Source of the DNA: Nitrosospira multiformis ATCC 25196
GTDB lineage: Bacteria > Pseudomonadota > Gammaproteobacteria > Burkholderiales > Nitrosomonadaceae
Length of the DNA stretch: 32,000 nt
Direction of reading: 5' to 3'
Assembly (NCBI RefSeq): GCF_000196355.1
Contig: NC_007614.1
Location: 1,260,001 to 1,292,000 of the forward strand
This document shows, one piece after another, positions 1-11,332 of this stretch. Within the stretch, counting starts at the first letter, position 1, and the number at the start of each line of letters is the position of its first letter. Both the position numbers and the translations under genes were made by a program. The notes below the pieces were generated by a model. It searched no databases. It saw nothing but the letters and a program-made list of their open reading frames with translations, and was not told where the DNA came from.

Positions 1-660
1 TTCACCAACCGGTTTCCCACGTACGTCGATGAGTACGAGACCCTGCTTACCGATAACCGTATCTGGAAACAGAGACTGGTAGGCATTGGAACGGTTTCGC
101 CCGAGCGGGCCATGGCTCTGGGATTCACCGGCCCCATGCTGCGCGGGTCCGGCGTCGAATGGGATCTGCGGAAGAAGCAGCCCTATGAAGTTTATGATCA
201 GCTCGATTTCGATATACCTGTCGGCGTCAATGGGGATTGCTACGACCGCTATCTGGTCCGGATCGAAGAATTCCGGCAGTCCAATCGCATCATCAGGCAA
301 TGTGTCGACTGGCTTCGTAAAAATCCGGGGCCGGTCATAACGGATAACCACAAGGTCGCGCCGCCTTCCCGTGTGAACATGAAGCAGAACATGGAGGAAC
401 TGATCCATCATTTCAAGCTTTTCACTGAAGGGTTTCACGTGCCGCCCGGTGAAACCTATGCGGCAGTCGAGCACCCGAAAGGGGAATTCGGCATTTACCT
501 GATATCGGATGGCGCCAACATGCCTTACCGCATGAAAATCCGCGCTCCCGGCTTTGCCCATCTGGCAGCGCTGGACGAGATGTCGCGCGGCCATATGATT
601 GCCGATGTGGTTGCCATCATTGGTACCCAGGATATTGTGTTTGGTGAAATAGACAGATGA
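1..660 (+). CDS. nuoD: NADH-quinone oxidoreductase subunit D, C-terminal part (5' truncated by window edge)
   Basis: Frame 1 is open from base 1 ([51 protein letters not shown]...) and ends ...DIVFGEIDR*. This is the NuoD/49 kDa signature, followed by nuoE. Confidence 0.97.
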   Translation, partial: FTNRFPTYVDEYETLLTDNRIWKQRLVGIGTVSPERAMALGFTGPMLRGSGVEWDLRKKQPYEVYDQLDFDIPVGVNGDCYDRYLVRIEEFRQSNRIIRQCVDWLRKNPGPVITDNHKVAPPSRVNMKQNMEELIHHFKLFTEGFHVPPGETYAAVEHPKGEFGIYLISDGANMPYRMKIRAPGFAHLAALDEMSRGHMIADVVAIIGTQDIVFGEIDR

Positions 661-687
661 CGTACTGAAGGTGAAACGGCTATCAAC

Positions 688-1164
688 ATGCTAAGCGCAG
701 AGTCTCTGAAAAAAATCGATTACGAGTTGACCAAGTATCCCGCAGACCAGAAGCAATCCGCGGTAATGTCGGCGCTCGCCATCGCCCAGGATGAGAAAGG
801 GTGGCTGACCACCGAAACGATGGATTTTGTGGCGGAGTACTTGGGCATGCCGTCGATCGCCGTATACGAAGTGGCTACTTTCTACACCATGTACAATTTG
901 CAGCCCATCGGAAAATACAAGATCACGGTCTGCACGAATCTTCCATGTGCGCTGTCCGGCGCAAACGAGGCAGTCGCCCATTTCCGGGAAAAGCTGGGAA
1001 TAGGCTTCAACGAAACCACTGCGGACGGAAAATTTACCTTGAAAGAAGGGGAGTGTATGGGTGCATGTGGAGATGCGCCGGTTCTCCTGGTCAATAACAA
1101 ACGCATGTGCAGTTTCATGTCCAACGACAAGATCGACCAGTTGCTGGAGGATTTGAGCAAATGA
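688..1164 (+). CDS. nuoE: NADH-quinone oxidoreductase subunit E (2Fe-2S)
   Basis: 158 aa with the thioredoxin-like 2Fe-2S pattern [11 protein letters not shown]...[12 protein letters not shown]. Stop overlaps the nuoF start (ATGA). Confidence 0.97.
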   Translation: MLSAESLKKIDYELTKYPADQKQSAVMSALAIAQDEKGWLTTETMDFVAEYLGMPSIAVYEVATFYTMYNLQPIGKYKITVCTNLPCALSGANEAVAHFREKLGIGFNETTADGKFTLKEGECMGACGDAPVLLVNNKRMCSFMSNDKIDQLLEDLSK

Positions 1165-2438
1165 ACCAGCCTGCCCAGATACTGCTGGCCGGATTGAATC
1201 CATCGGATCCCAACGATTGGCGGCTGAATAATTACGAACAGCGTGAAGGATATGCTGCGCTCAGAAAAATCCTGAGCGATAAAATTCCTCCGGAAAAGAT
1301 CATCGAGGAGGTAAAGAAATCCGCCTTGCGGGGTCGCGGCGGAGCCGGTTTTCCGACCGGGTTGAAATGGAGTTTCATGCCCAAGCAGTACGAAGGCGAC
1401 AAATACCTGGTATGCAATTCGGATGAAGGCGAACCTGGCACCTTCAAGGATCGTGACATCATGCGTTACAACCCTCATATGCTGATCGAGGGCATGCTGA
1501 TCGGAGCCTATGCGATGGGCATCAGGGCGGGCTACAACTACGTGCATGGCGAAATCTGGGACGTCTACGAGCGCATGGAGGAGGCAGTGGATGAAGCCCG
1601 TGCGGCGGGTTATCTCGGGGATAACATCCTCGGTTCCGATTTCAGCTTCCAGTTATACAACCATCATGGCTACGGCGCCTATATCTGCGGCGAGGAAACA
1701 GCGCTGCTCGAGTCGCTGGAGGGCAAAAAAGGTCAGCCGCGCTTCAAGCCGCCTTTTCCCGCAAGTTTCGGTCTCTATGGTAAACCGACTACCATCAACA
1801 ACACGGAGACATTCGCGTCGGTCCCCTGGATTATCAGGCACGGGGGTGACAAGTTTCTGCAACTGGGTAAGCCAAACAATGGCGGAACCAAGATTTTTTC
1901 CGTTTCCGGGCACGTGAACAAGCCCGGCAATTATGAAGTGCCTCTTGGCACGCCATTCGCAGCCTTGCTGGAGATGGCTGGTGGCATGCGCGGCGGACGC
2001 AAGCTGAAAGGCTGTATTCCCGGAGGTTCATCCATGCCGGTATTGCCGGGTGATGTCATGATGCAGACCGACATGGACTATGACTCGATTGCCAAGGCAG
2101 GATCATTTCTCGGTTCAGGCGCGGTCATTATCATGGACGATACGACCTGCATGGTCAGGGCCCTGGAGCGCTTATCCTATTTTTACTATGAAGAATCCTG
2201 CGGCCAGTGCACCCCCTGCCGTGAAGGCACGGGATGGCTTTACCGCATCGTCCACCGGATCGAAACAGGAAAAGGCCGCATGGAAGACCTGGATTTGCTC
2301 AATAATCTCGCCGACAACATTCAGGGGCGTACCATCTGCGCATTGGGTGACGCGGCCGCCATGCCGGTGCGCGCCATGATTCAGCATTTCCGTGACGAAT
2401 TTGCGTATCACGTCGAACACAAGAAATGCCTGGTGTGA
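1161..2438 (+). CDS. nuoF: NADH-quinone oxidoreductase subunit F
   Basis: [17 protein letters not shown] (NADH binding), FMN region, and [15 protein letters not shown] 4Fe-4S motif. The tracked ORF opens at 1107, but ATG 1161 overlaps the nuoE stop and is the likelier start. Confidence 0.96.
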   Translation: MNQPAQILLAGLNPSDPNDWRLNNYEQREGYAALRKILSDKIPPEKIIEEVKKSALRGRGGAGFPTGLKWSFMPKQYEGDKYLVCNSDEGEPGTFKDRDIMRYNPHMLIEGMLIGAYAMGIRAGYNYVHGEIWDVYERMEEAVDEARAAGYLGDNILGSDFSFQLYNHHGYGAYICGEETALLESLEGKKGQPRFKPPFPASFGLYGKPTTINNTETFASVPWIIRHGGDKFLQLGKPNNGGTKIFSVSGHVNKPGNYEVPLGTPFAALLEMAGGMRGGRKLKGCIPGGSSMPVLPGDVMMQTDMDYDSIAKAGSFLGSGAVIIMDDTTCMVRALERLSYFYYEESCGQCTPCREGTGWLYRIVHRIETGKGRMEDLDLLNNLADNIQGRTICALGDAAAMPVRAMIQHFRDEFAYHVEHKKCLV

Positions 2439-2501
2439 CACGGATGAAGTCATGAGTCTTTTCTTGTTTGCGGCTGCTTGTTGCCCCGGAGCACATAAGT
2501 A

Positions 2502-4931
2502 ATGATCAATTTCGAAATCGACGGTAAACCGGTGTCCGTGCCCAAGAATGGCACTGTCATGGATGGTGCCAATCAGCTCGGCATATACATTCCTCATTTC
2601 TGCTATCACAAGAAGCTCTCCATTGCCGCCAACTGCCGCATGTGCCTCGTGCAGGTGGAGAAGGCCCCCAAGCCCCTGCCGGCGTGTGCCACGCCCGCGA
2701 TGGAGGGCATGAAGGTTTTCACCCACTCCGGGCAGGCAGTAACGGCGCAGAAAGGTGTGATGGAATTCCTGCTCATCAATCACCCCCTGGACTGTCCGAT
2801 TTGTGATCAGGGCGGAGAGTGTCAGTTACAGGATCTGGCCGTGGGCTATGGAGCAAGCTCATCGCGTTATACCGAAGCCAAGCGTGTGGTGGCGAACAAG
2901 AATCTCGGTCCGCTGATTTCCACCGACATGACCCGTTGTATTCATTGCACGCGTTGCGTCCGCTTCGGGCAGGAAATCGCGGGGATCATGGAATTGGGCA
3001 TGGCGGGACGTGGAGAGCATTCGGAGATACTCGCCTTTGTCGGTAAAACCGTGGATTCGGAGTTATCCGGCAATGTGATCGATCTATGCCCCGTGGGCGC
3101 CCTTGTCAGCAAGCCATTCCGCTATTCCGCGCGCACTTGGGAGCTATCACGCCGAAAATCCATAAGCCCGCATTGCGGCCTCGGCTCCAACCTCATTGTC
3201 CAGATAAAACAGAACCGCGTGATGCGTGTGCTGCCCCGCGAGAACGAGGAAATCAACGAGTGCTGGTTATCGGACAAAGACCGTTTTTCCTACGAGGGTT
3301 TAAACTCTGAGGAGCGTCTTACCAGGCCGATGATAAAGCAGGGAGGCGTGTGGCAGGAATGCGACTGGCAAACTGCGCTGGAGTTTGTGGCCAATGGCCT
3401 CAAAGATGTGAAAGAAAAGTATGGAGCGGAAAGCATCGGCGCGCTGGGTTCTGCTCACAGCACGCTTGAAGAACTTTACCTGTTGCAGAAACTTGTAAGG
3501 GGATTAGGCAGCGCAAGCGTGGATCATCGCGTGCGTCAGAGCGATTTTCGCGCGGACTCGCAGATGCAGGGTGCTCCCTGGTTGGGAATGCCCATTGCCG
3601 AAGTTGCGCAATTGAAGTCATTACTCGTCATAGGCAGTATCTTGCGAAAGGATCATCCTCTCCTTGCGCATCGTATCCGCCAGGCAGTGAAGCACGGCGC
3701 GGAATTGAATGTGATCAATCCGGTCGACGATGACCTGCTGACCAAGGTAAGAAATCGTGCTATTGTTGCGCCCGACAAAATGGTATCCATGCTGGCAGAG
3801 GTGTTGAAAGCCATTGCCGAGTTGAAGGGCGTGGAGATTCCCGATGACGCTAAAAACGCCTTGAGCACTGTCAGCGCGAGCGATACTGCCCGTGCGATGG
3901 CGACCAGTCTCAGCGACAACAAACCCGCTGCAATTTTCATCGGGAATCTCGCGCAACACCACCCCCGCTACACGGATATCTGCAAGCTTGCCCAGCATAT
4001 CGCACAAATTTCCGGCGTCCGCTTCGGAGTACTGGGAGAGGCTGCCAACAGCGTCGGAGCTTATATTGCCGGTGCGGTTCCCTTTGGTAACCATGACGCA
4101 GATATTGCCGGGGACAGGCATGGAGGGCAGGGCGCCAATGCCTCACAAATGCTCGGCATGGACGAGATGGCAAGCGGAACCGGGTGCAAGGCATACATCC
4201 TGTTGAACCTGGAGCCGGAGCTGGATTGCTACAACACCCGGCGCGCAGTCAAAACGCTGGCAGCGGCCGATCTGGTTGTAATGATGAGCGCATACAAGAA
4301 CCATTCCGCCATTCAGGACAACTATGCGGATGTATTGCTGCCGATCGCGCCCTTCACGGAAACCTCGGGTACTTTCGTCAGCACGGAAGGGCGGGTGCAA
4401 AGCTTCAACGGAGTGGTTGCGCCGCTCGGGGAAACGCGTCCCGCATGGAAGGTATTGCGGGTGCTGGGCAATATCCTGCAACTCAATGGCTTCGATTATG
4501 AAACATCGGAGCAGGTGCGGGCGGACGTTCTTCCAGCCGGGAACGACGTCAGTGCGTGGTTGAATAGCAATCTGGGAAGCCTTGCCGTGAATCCCATTGA
4601 AGCCGGTGAGGAAAATAAGGGAAGCGAAGGATTGCAACGTATCGGTGAGGTTCCGATTTATCAGGCTGACCTCATCGTGCGGCGGGCGGAGTCGTTGCAG
4701 CGCACGCGCGATGCGGCGGCGCCTTTAGCATGGATGTCGGGCAGCCTCATGGCACAGTTGAACCTGCAGACCGAAGAAGTCATACGGCTGAGGCAGGGAG
4801 AAGGTGAGGTGCAATTGCCCGTCGCACAGGATGACAAGTTGCCTGCCAACTGTATAAGGGTTGCCTCCGCCCATCCTTCGACTGCGGCCTTGGGCGGAAT
4901 GTTTGATCTGATCACGGTGGAAAAATCGTGA
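2502..4931 (+). CDS. nuoG: NADH-quinone oxidoreductase subunit G
   Basis: 809 aa: N-terminal 2Fe-2S ferredoxin domain ([29 protein letters not shown]), [16 protein letters not shown], and a molybdopterin oxidoreductase-like C-terminus. Confidence 0.96.
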
Positions 4932-4953
4932 CGAACGATACTCGGATTATCTG

Positions 4954-6054
4954 ATGGAATACGCGCAACAACTGTTCGGGGATTTTTTCGGTCCTGAGTG
5001 GGGACCTGCTCTTTTCCTGCTGGTGAAGAATGTCCTTCTGATCGTGGCCATCGTGCTGCCACTGATGCTGGCGGTTGCCTATCTCACATTTGCCGAACGC
5101 AAGATCATTGGCTATATGCAGTTGCGCGTGGGTCCCAATCGGGTAACGTTCTTTGGCATTCCCTGGCTGGGGGGGTGGGCGCAGCCCATTGCCGATGCGG
5201 TAAAGGCGGTGATGAAAGAAATCATCATCCCGAGCGGAGCGAACAAAGTCCTGTTCGTGCTTGCGCCCATACTGACGTTCGCGCCGGCACTGGCGGCCTG
5301 GGCGGTCATTCCCTTTTCTCCGGATGTGGTTCTGGCGGACATCAATGCAGGTCTGCTTTATATTCTGGCCATGACCTCGATGGGAGTCTATGGCATTATC
5401 ATTGCGGGGTGGGCCTCCAACTCCAAATACGCATTCCTGGGAGCAATGCGTTCGGCGGCTCAAGTGGTTTCCTACGAACTGGCCATGGGTTTTGCGCTGG
5501 TGTGCGTGCTCATGATGTCCCAGAGCCTGAACCTGGGTGACATTGTCAAGGGCCAGCAAGGGGCCAGCATGCTGAACTGGTATCTGATACCGCTGTTTCC
5601 CATGTTTCTGGTTTATTTTATTTCCGGCGTCGCGGAAACCAATCGTGCTCCATTCGATGTCGCCGAGGGTGAGTCCGAAATCGTGGCAGGTTTTCATGTC
5701 GAGTATTCGGGCATGGCGTTCACGGTGTTTTTCCTGGCCGAATATTCCAACATGATTCTGGTGGCCATGCTTGCAAGCATCATATTCCTGGGTGGCTGGC
5801 TGCCTCCTGTCAACGTTGCGCCGTTTACCCTTGTTCCCGGCTTCATCTGGCTGATCCTGAAAGCATCATTTCTATTGTTCTGTTTTCTCTGGTTCCGGGC
5901 CACGTTTCCACGTTATCGTTACGACCAGATCATGCGTCTTGGCTGGAAGGTATTCATTCCGATCACGCTCGTCTGGATAGTGGTGCTTGGCCTGGTGATG
6001 CAGCTTCCGGCATCGATTCGGGGCGCATTCCCGCTTAACTTGTGGTTTCACTGA
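4954..6054 (+). CDS. nuoH: NADH-quinone oxidoreductase subunit H
   Basis: 366 aa membrane protein: [70 protein letters not shown]. Confidence 0.97.
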
Positions 6055-6068
6055 CACAGGAGGAAACC

Positions 6069-6557
6069 ATGAACCGAATCAAGGATTTTTTCCGCACTTT
6101 CCTACTGTTCGAGCTCATCAAAGGAATGATGCTGACAGGGCGAAACATGTTCGCGCGGAAGATCACGGTGTATTTTCCCGAAGAAAAGACGCCGCAATCC
6201 CCTCGTTTCAGAGGTTTGCATGCCTTGCGCAGATATCCTAACGGAGAAGAGCGCTGCATAGCTTGCAAGCTGTGTGAAGCGGTATGCCCGGCATTGGCGA
6301 TTACCATCGAATCCGAGCAGCGCGAGGATGGTACGCGCCGTACCACGCGATATGACATCGATCTGACGAAGTGCATATTTTGCGGTTTCTGCGAGGAATC
6401 CTGTCCGGTGGATTCCATCGTCGAGACGCGCATTCTGGAATACCACGGAGAGAAGCGTGGCGACCTCATCTATACCAAGCAGATGCTGCTGGCGGTCGGG
6501 GATCGGTACGAGGAACAGATAGCAAAGGATCGGGCAGCTGATGCAGGTTACCGATGA
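6069..6557 (+). CDS. nuoI: NADH-quinone oxidoreductase subunit I (2x 4Fe-4S)
   Basis: Two ferredoxin motifs: [16 protein letters not shown] and [23 protein letters not shown] 6069 ([11 protein letters not shown]) follows AGGAGG; the tracked ORF opens upstream at 6042. Confidence 0.96.
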   Translation: MNRIKDFFRTFLLFELIKGMMLTGRNMFARKITVYFPEEKTPQSPRFRGLHALRRYPNGEERCIACKLCEAVCPALAITIESEQREDGTRRTTRYDIDLTKCIFCGFCEESCPVDSIVETRILEYHGEKRGDLIYTKQMLLAVGDRYEEQIAKDRAADAGYR

Positions 6558-6751
6558 ATCGTGCCTGGTTCGCCAATATTGGCAGCGGATATTCTCATCA
6601 ACCCCGGACTTGCACTGTCTTCCGTCGTGCGAGCGCTGGACTGTTGCCGCTCGTCACGCTTATCCGCAGAAACAAGCGGAAGGCATTTTCATGAGTTCAT
6701 CTTTATCTTACGTGAACCCTTCCAGACCCCCAGATTTCTAGAAGTAGCCAT

Positions 6752-7357
6752 ATGAGTTTTACAGATATAATCTTCTACTTTTTTTCCGCGGTATTAGTGG
6801 CATCGGCCCTCGGAGTCATCACCGCGCGCAATCCGGTGCATTCGGCGTTGCTGCTGGTGCTGGCCTTTTTTGCCTCCGCCGGATTATGGCTGCTGCTGGA
6901 AGCGGAATTTCTTGCCATTACCCTGGTGTTGGTCTACGTGGGAGCAGTGATGGTACTGTTCCTGTTCGTCGTGATGATGCTCGACATCAATCTTGCCCGG
7001 CTTCGGGAAGGCTTCTGGAAGTGGTTTCCGTTCGGATTATTGCTCGGCCTGGTGATGTCGATTGAGATGGCCATGGTTCTGACGGGCAAACAGTTCGGTG
7101 CCAACGAGCTTCCCGCTCCGGCGGCGCGGGCGGCCGACTACAGCAATACCAAGGAACTGGGGCGCCTGATCTATACCGAATACGTTTATGCCTTTGAGCT
7201 CGCGGCGGTGATCCTGCTGGTTGCGATCGTGGCTGCAATCGCGCTCACCTTGCGTCAGCGGGGCGAGAGCAAATCCATGGATGTCGCCAAACAGGTAGCG
7301 GTGAAGCGTGAAGACCGCATCCGCATCGTGTCGATGGCATCCGAGAAGAAAGAATAA
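6752..7357 (+). CDS. nuoJ: NADH-quinone oxidoreductase subunit J
   Basis: 201 aa: [78 protein letters not shown]. Confidence 0.95.
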   Translation: MSFTDIIFYFFSAVLVASALGVITARNPVHSALLLVLAFFASAGLWLLLEAEFLAITLVLVYVGAVMVLFLFVVMMLDINLARLREGFWKWFPFGLLLGLVMSIEMAMVLTGKQFGANELPAPAARAADYSNTKELGRLIYTEYVYAFELAAVILLVAIVAAIALTLRQRGESKSMDVAKQVAVKREDRIRIVSMASEKKE

Positions 7358-7403
7358 AAGTAATATATTGCGGCGTTTTTACGCCGCCATGAAAGGGGGT
7401 GTA

Positions 7404-7709
7404 GTGGTTTCGTTATCCCATTATCTTGTTATCGGTGCGATTCTGTTTGCCATCAGCATTGTCGGTATCTTCCTCAACAGAAAGAACGTGATCATCCTGT
7501 TGATGGCCATTGAACTGATGCTATTGGCGGTAAACATGAATTTTGTTGCTTTTTCGCATTATCTGCAGGACGCATCCGGTCAAGTGTTCGTGTTTTTCAT
7601 CCTTACCGTTGCTGCAGCGGAATCTGCCATCGGGCTTGCGATACTGGTTGTGCTGTTTCGTGGCCTGCGCACCATCGATGTCGATGACCTGGATAGCCTT
7701 AAAGGCTGA
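7404..7709 (+). CDS. nuoK: NADH-quinone oxidoreductase subunit K
   Basis: [52 protein letters not shown] 7404 after a GAAAGGGGG-like RBS gives a standard-length ~101 aa NuoK; ATG 7389 is the alternative start. The 7308 ORF start overlaps nuoJ. Confidence 0.93.
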   Translation: MVSLSHYLVIGAILFAISIVGIFLNRKNVIILLMAIELMLLAVNMNFVAFSHYLQDASGQVFVFFILTVAAAESAIGLAILVVLFRGLRTIDVDDLDSLKG

Positions 7710-7775
7710 CGGGCTAATCCAGGGTCAATAGTTCGGAGTCGGTATCGCTGGTTCAAAAACAAAAACCTGAATTTC

Positions 7776-9728
7776 ATGACTGAGATGCAAAATCTATACC
7801 TGTTGGTGCCTCTGGCGCCGCTGGCGGGGGCGCTCATAGCCGGCCTGCTTGGACGTGTGATTGGTCCTGCCGCAAGCCATCGCGTCACCATTGCCCTTAT
7901 GTTCGTTTGCCTGGCAGCGTCCATTGCCGTGTTCCTCGATGTGCTGAAAGGAAACGTGTACAACGGCACGGTTTATACCTGGCTGACATCGGGCGGTGTG
8001 CGTTTCGAAGTAGGGTTTCTGATCGATCAGCTTTCCGCGACCATGATGATTGTGGTGAGTTTCGTATCGCTGATGGTGCATATCTATACCATCGGTTATA
8101 TGCATGACGACCCAGGCTATCAGCGCTTTTTCAGCTATATCTCGCTTTTTACCTTCTCCATGCTGATGCTGGTGATGTCCAACAATTTCCTCCAGCTGTT
8201 CTTCGGATGGGAAGCGGTAGGGCTGGTCTCATATCTCCTGATCGGCTTCTGGTATACGCGCCCGACGGCCATTTACGCGAATCTGAAGGCGTTCCTGGTC
8301 AATCGTGTCGGGGACTTCGGTTTTCTCCTCGGCATCGGTCTAGTACTGGTGTATTTCGGCACGCTGGATTATGCTGCCGTGTTTGCCCAGGCGCCCAACG
8401 TCGCGGCTGAGACGATCGAAATCACTTCCGGTTCGCCTTGGGCAATACTGACCGTCATCTGTATCCTGCTTTTCGTCGGCGCCATGGGTAAATCGGCTCA
8501 GTTCCCGCTCCATGTATGGCTGCCGGATTCGATGGAAGGTCCCACGCCCATTTCGGCGCTGATTCATGCTGCAACCATGGTTACCGCCGGTATTTTCATG
8601 GTGGCGCGCATGTCACCCCTGTTCGAACTGACCGAGACCGCACTCTCCGTAGTGCTGGTGATAGGCGGCATCACGACCTTGTTCATGGCGCTGGTGGCGA
8701 TCGTCCAGTATGACATCAAGCGCGTCGTGGCATACTCGACCCTGTCGCAACTCGGCTACATGACGGTGGCGCTCGGGGCGTCCGCTTATCCGGCCGCGAT
8801 TTTTCACCTCATGACGCATGCCTTTTTCAAGGCGGTGCTGTTCCTGGGCGCAGGTTCCGTGATTATTGCGATGCATCATGAACAGGATATGCGCAAGATG
8901 GGCGGGCTCAAGAAATACATGCCCATTACTTACTGGACAATGTTTGTTGCCGCACTCGCCAGTGCCGGTGTCCCGGGCCTCTCGGGCTTCTTCTCGAAGG
9001 AGTCGATCATAGAAGCGGTGCACCTTGCCGATATCCCCGGGGCTGGCTTTGCCTATTTCTGTGCCGTGGCTACTGTCTTCGTAACCGCATTTTATACCTT
9101 TCGCCTGCTGTTCATGACGTTCCACGGTCAGCCGCGCATGGACCATCACACTGAAGAGCACTTGCATGAATCTCCCTGGGTAGTGACCCTGCCTCTCGTT
9201 GCTCTCGCCATACCGACCGTCGGCGCAGGCTGGCTGATAGGCCCGATGCTGTTTGGCGATTACTTTGCCAATACGATACAGATCGCGCCTCAACACGAAG
9301 CAATGGCGAAATTGGCAGCGGAGTTTCACGGCATACCGGAAATGATGAGGCATGCGCTTTCCACCATCCCCTTCTGGTTATCCGTTGCTGGTATCTTTGC
9401 CGCCTGGTATCTCTATATTGCAAAACCCGATCTGCCCGGGAAAATCAAGTGGGCGGCGGGACCGTTTGCAACGCTGCTTGAGCGCAAATACTTCATAGAC
9501 GAACTCTATTCCTGGCTGTTTGCAGGCGGTGCGCGCCTGCTTGGCCGGGGATTGTGGAAGTTCGGGGATGTCAAGGTAATTGACGGGTTCTTTGTGAATG
9601 GCACGGCGGGGTTAGTAGCCGGAGCCTCCACATTGATGCGCCGCTTCCAGACCGGCTACATCTATCACTACGCGTTTACCATGATCGTTGGCGTGTTTAT
9701 ACTGATGAGTTTGTGGTTGTTCTGGTAA
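7776..9728 (+). CDS. nuoL: NADH-quinone oxidoreductase subunit L
   Basis: 650 aa antiporter-like subunit: LFFGWEAVGLVSYLLIGFWYTRP, KSAQFPLHVWLPDSMEGPTPISALIHAATMVTAGIFMVARM. Confidence 0.97.
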   Translation: MTEMQNLYLLVPLAPLAGALIAGLLGRVIGPAASHRVTIALMFVCLAASIAVFLDVLKGNVYNGTVYTWLTSGGVRFEVGFLIDQLSATMMIVVSFVSLMVHIYTIGYMHDDPGYQRFFSYISLFTFSMLMLVMSNNFLQLFFGWEAVGLVSYLLIGFWYTRPTAIYANLKAFLVNRVGDFGFLLGIGLVLVYFGTLDYAAVFAQAPNVAAETIEITSGSPWAILTVICILLFVGAMGKSAQFPLHVWLPDSMEGPTPISALIHAATMVTAGIFMVARMSPLFELTETALSVVLVIGGITTLFMALVAIVQYDIKRVVAYSTLSQLGYMTVALGASAYPAAIFHLMTHAFFKAVLFLGAGSVIIAMHHEQDMRKMGGLKKYMPITYWTMFVAALASAGVPGLSGFFSKESIIEAVHLADIPGAGFAYFCAVATVFVTAFYTFRLLFMTFHGQPRMDHHTEEHLHESPWVVTLPLVALAIPTVGAGWLIGPMLFGDYFANTIQIAPQHEAMAKLAAEFHGIPEMMRHALSTIPFWLSVAGIFAAWYLYIAKPDLPGKIKWAAGPFATLLERKYFIDELYSWLFAGGARLLGRGLWKFGDVKVIDGFFVNGTAGLVAGASTLMRRFQTGYIYHYAFTMIVGVFILMSLWLFW

Positions 9729-9812
9729 TGGGACAACGAAAAATACAATAAAAATGTTAGTTGTGGGACCCTCCCGCATCCGCTGCACGCTAATGAAAAA
9801 AATGGAATAGAC

Positions 9813-11300
9813 ATGTTGTTTGGTTTCCCCCTGTTAAGTCTGGTTATCTGGCTGCCTATCCTCGCCGGTGTTGCTGTACTCGCTACCGGTGGAGATCGTA
9901 ATGCTCCCCTTGCGCGCATGATCGCCCTCGTCGGATCTATTGCGGGTTTTCTGGTGGCGATTCCGCTTTATACCAGCTTCGATCCGTCGACGAGCACTAT
10001 GCAATTTGTCGAGAGCCATGTGTGGATCGAACGCTTCAACGTCCACTATCACCTCGGGGTGGATGGAATCGCCATGCCCCTGATACTGCTGAATGCTTTT
10101 ACCACCCCTCTGGTAGTGATCGCGGGATGGGAAGTGATTACCCGGCGCGTATCGCAGTATATGGGGGCCTTTCTCATCATGTCCGGCATCGTCAACGGTG
10201 TTTTTTCGTCGCTGGATGCAATTCTCTTCTATGTCTTCTGGGAAGCTTCCCTCATTCCGATGTTTCTTATCATTGGCGTGTGGGGGGGACCCAACCGGGT
10301 TTATGCGGCAATCAAGTTTTTCCTTTATACGCTGCTCGGTTCACTGCTGATGCTGGTGGCATTCATCTATCTTTACCAGGTTTCCGAGGGTAGCTTCTCG
10401 ATACTTGAATATCATAAACTGCCGTTGTCGATGGCATCGCAGATCCTGATATTCATCGCCTTCCTGCTGGCTTTTGCTGTCAAAGTCCCCATGTGGCCCG
10501 TCCATACGTGGCTACCCGACGCGCACGTGGAAGCGCCGACCGGAGGTTCGGTGGTGCTTGCCGCTATCCTGCTGAAAATGGGAGGCTACGGGTTCCTGCG
10601 GTTTTCGCTGCCGATCCTGCCGGATGCGAGTCACCAGCTCGCGGGCATGATGATCGCATTGTCGCTGATCGCGGTCGTCTATATCGGCCTGGTTGCCCTG
10701 GTGCAGGCGGACATGAAAAAGCTGATCGCCTACTCATCGGTGGCACATATGGGTTTCGTCACCCTCGGTTTTTTCCTGTTCAATAATTACGGCCTCGAAG
10801 GCGCCATGGTCCAGATGGTTTCACATGGTTTTATTTCGGCTGCAATGTTTCTTTGTATTGGCGTCATGTATGACAGGCTGCATTCCCGCCAGATCGTGGA
10901 TTATGGGGGAGTGGCGCACCGCATGCCTGCCTTTGCCGCTTTTTTCATGCTGTTTGCCATGGCTAACTCCGGGTTGCCCGGCACCAGCGGTTTCGTCGGC
11001 GAGTTCATGGTCATCATGGCATCGATGAAAGTGAATTTCTGGTATGCGTTTCTGGCCGCCACGACGCTCATCACAGGCGCAGCTTATACCCTGTGGATGT
11101 ACAAGCGCGTGATATTCGGCGCCGTTGTACATCCCGCAGTGGAGGAAATGAAAGATATCGGCGCGCGCGAGATTCTTGTATTGACCGTACTCGCGGTGGC
11201 GGTATTGGGGATGGGACTATATCCGCTACCCTTGACGGAAGTCATGCATACCACAGTTGATGATTTACTTGCGCATGTTGCTCGCAGCAAATTGCAGTGA
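9813..11300 (+). CDS. nuoM: NADH-quinone oxidoreductase subunit M
   Basis: 495 aa: FYVFWEASLIPMFLIIGVWGG, VKVPMWPVHTWLPDAHVEAPTGGSVVLAAILLKMGGYG. Confidence 0.97.
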   Translation: MLFGFPLLSLVIWLPILAGVAVLATGGDRNAPLARMIALVGSIAGFLVAIPLYTSFDPSTSTMQFVESHVWIERFNVHYHLGVDGIAMPLILLNAFTTPLVVIAGWEVITRRVSQYMGAFLIMSGIVNGVFSSLDAILFYVFWEASLIPMFLIIGVWGGPNRVYAAIKFFLYTLLGSLLMLVAFIYLYQVSEGSFSILEYHKLPLSMASQILIFIAFLLAFAVKVPMWPVHTWLPDAHVEAPTGGSVVLAAILLKMGGYGFLRFSLPILPDASHQLAGMMIALSLIAVVYIGLVALVQADMKKLIAYSSVAHMGFVTLGFFLFNNYGLEGAMVQMVSHGFISAAMFLCIGVMYDRLHSRQIVDYGGVAHRMPAFAAFFMLFAMANSGLPGTSGFVGEFMVIMASMKVNFWYAFLAATTLITGAAYTLWMYKRVIFGAVVHPAVEEMKDIGAREILVLTVLAVAVLGMGLYPLPLTEVMHTTVDDLLAHVARSKLQ

Positions 11301-11332
11301 GTGAAGCGCTCCGACTCGGCTAAGGATGATAA

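Noticed and set aside
882-1547. 221-aa minus-strand ORF opposite nuoE/nuoF
   Set aside because: Lies antisense to clearly conserved nuo coding sequence, with no recognisable domain; typical shadow ORF in high-GC DNA.
4912-5697. 261-aa minus-strand ORF opposite nuoH
   Set aside because: Antisense to nuoH transmembrane coding sequence and rich in His/Gln/Asn repeats from the complementary codons; not a supported protein.
8613-9353. 246-aa minus-strand ORF opposite nuoL
   Set aside because: Shadow ORF opposite a conserved gene.
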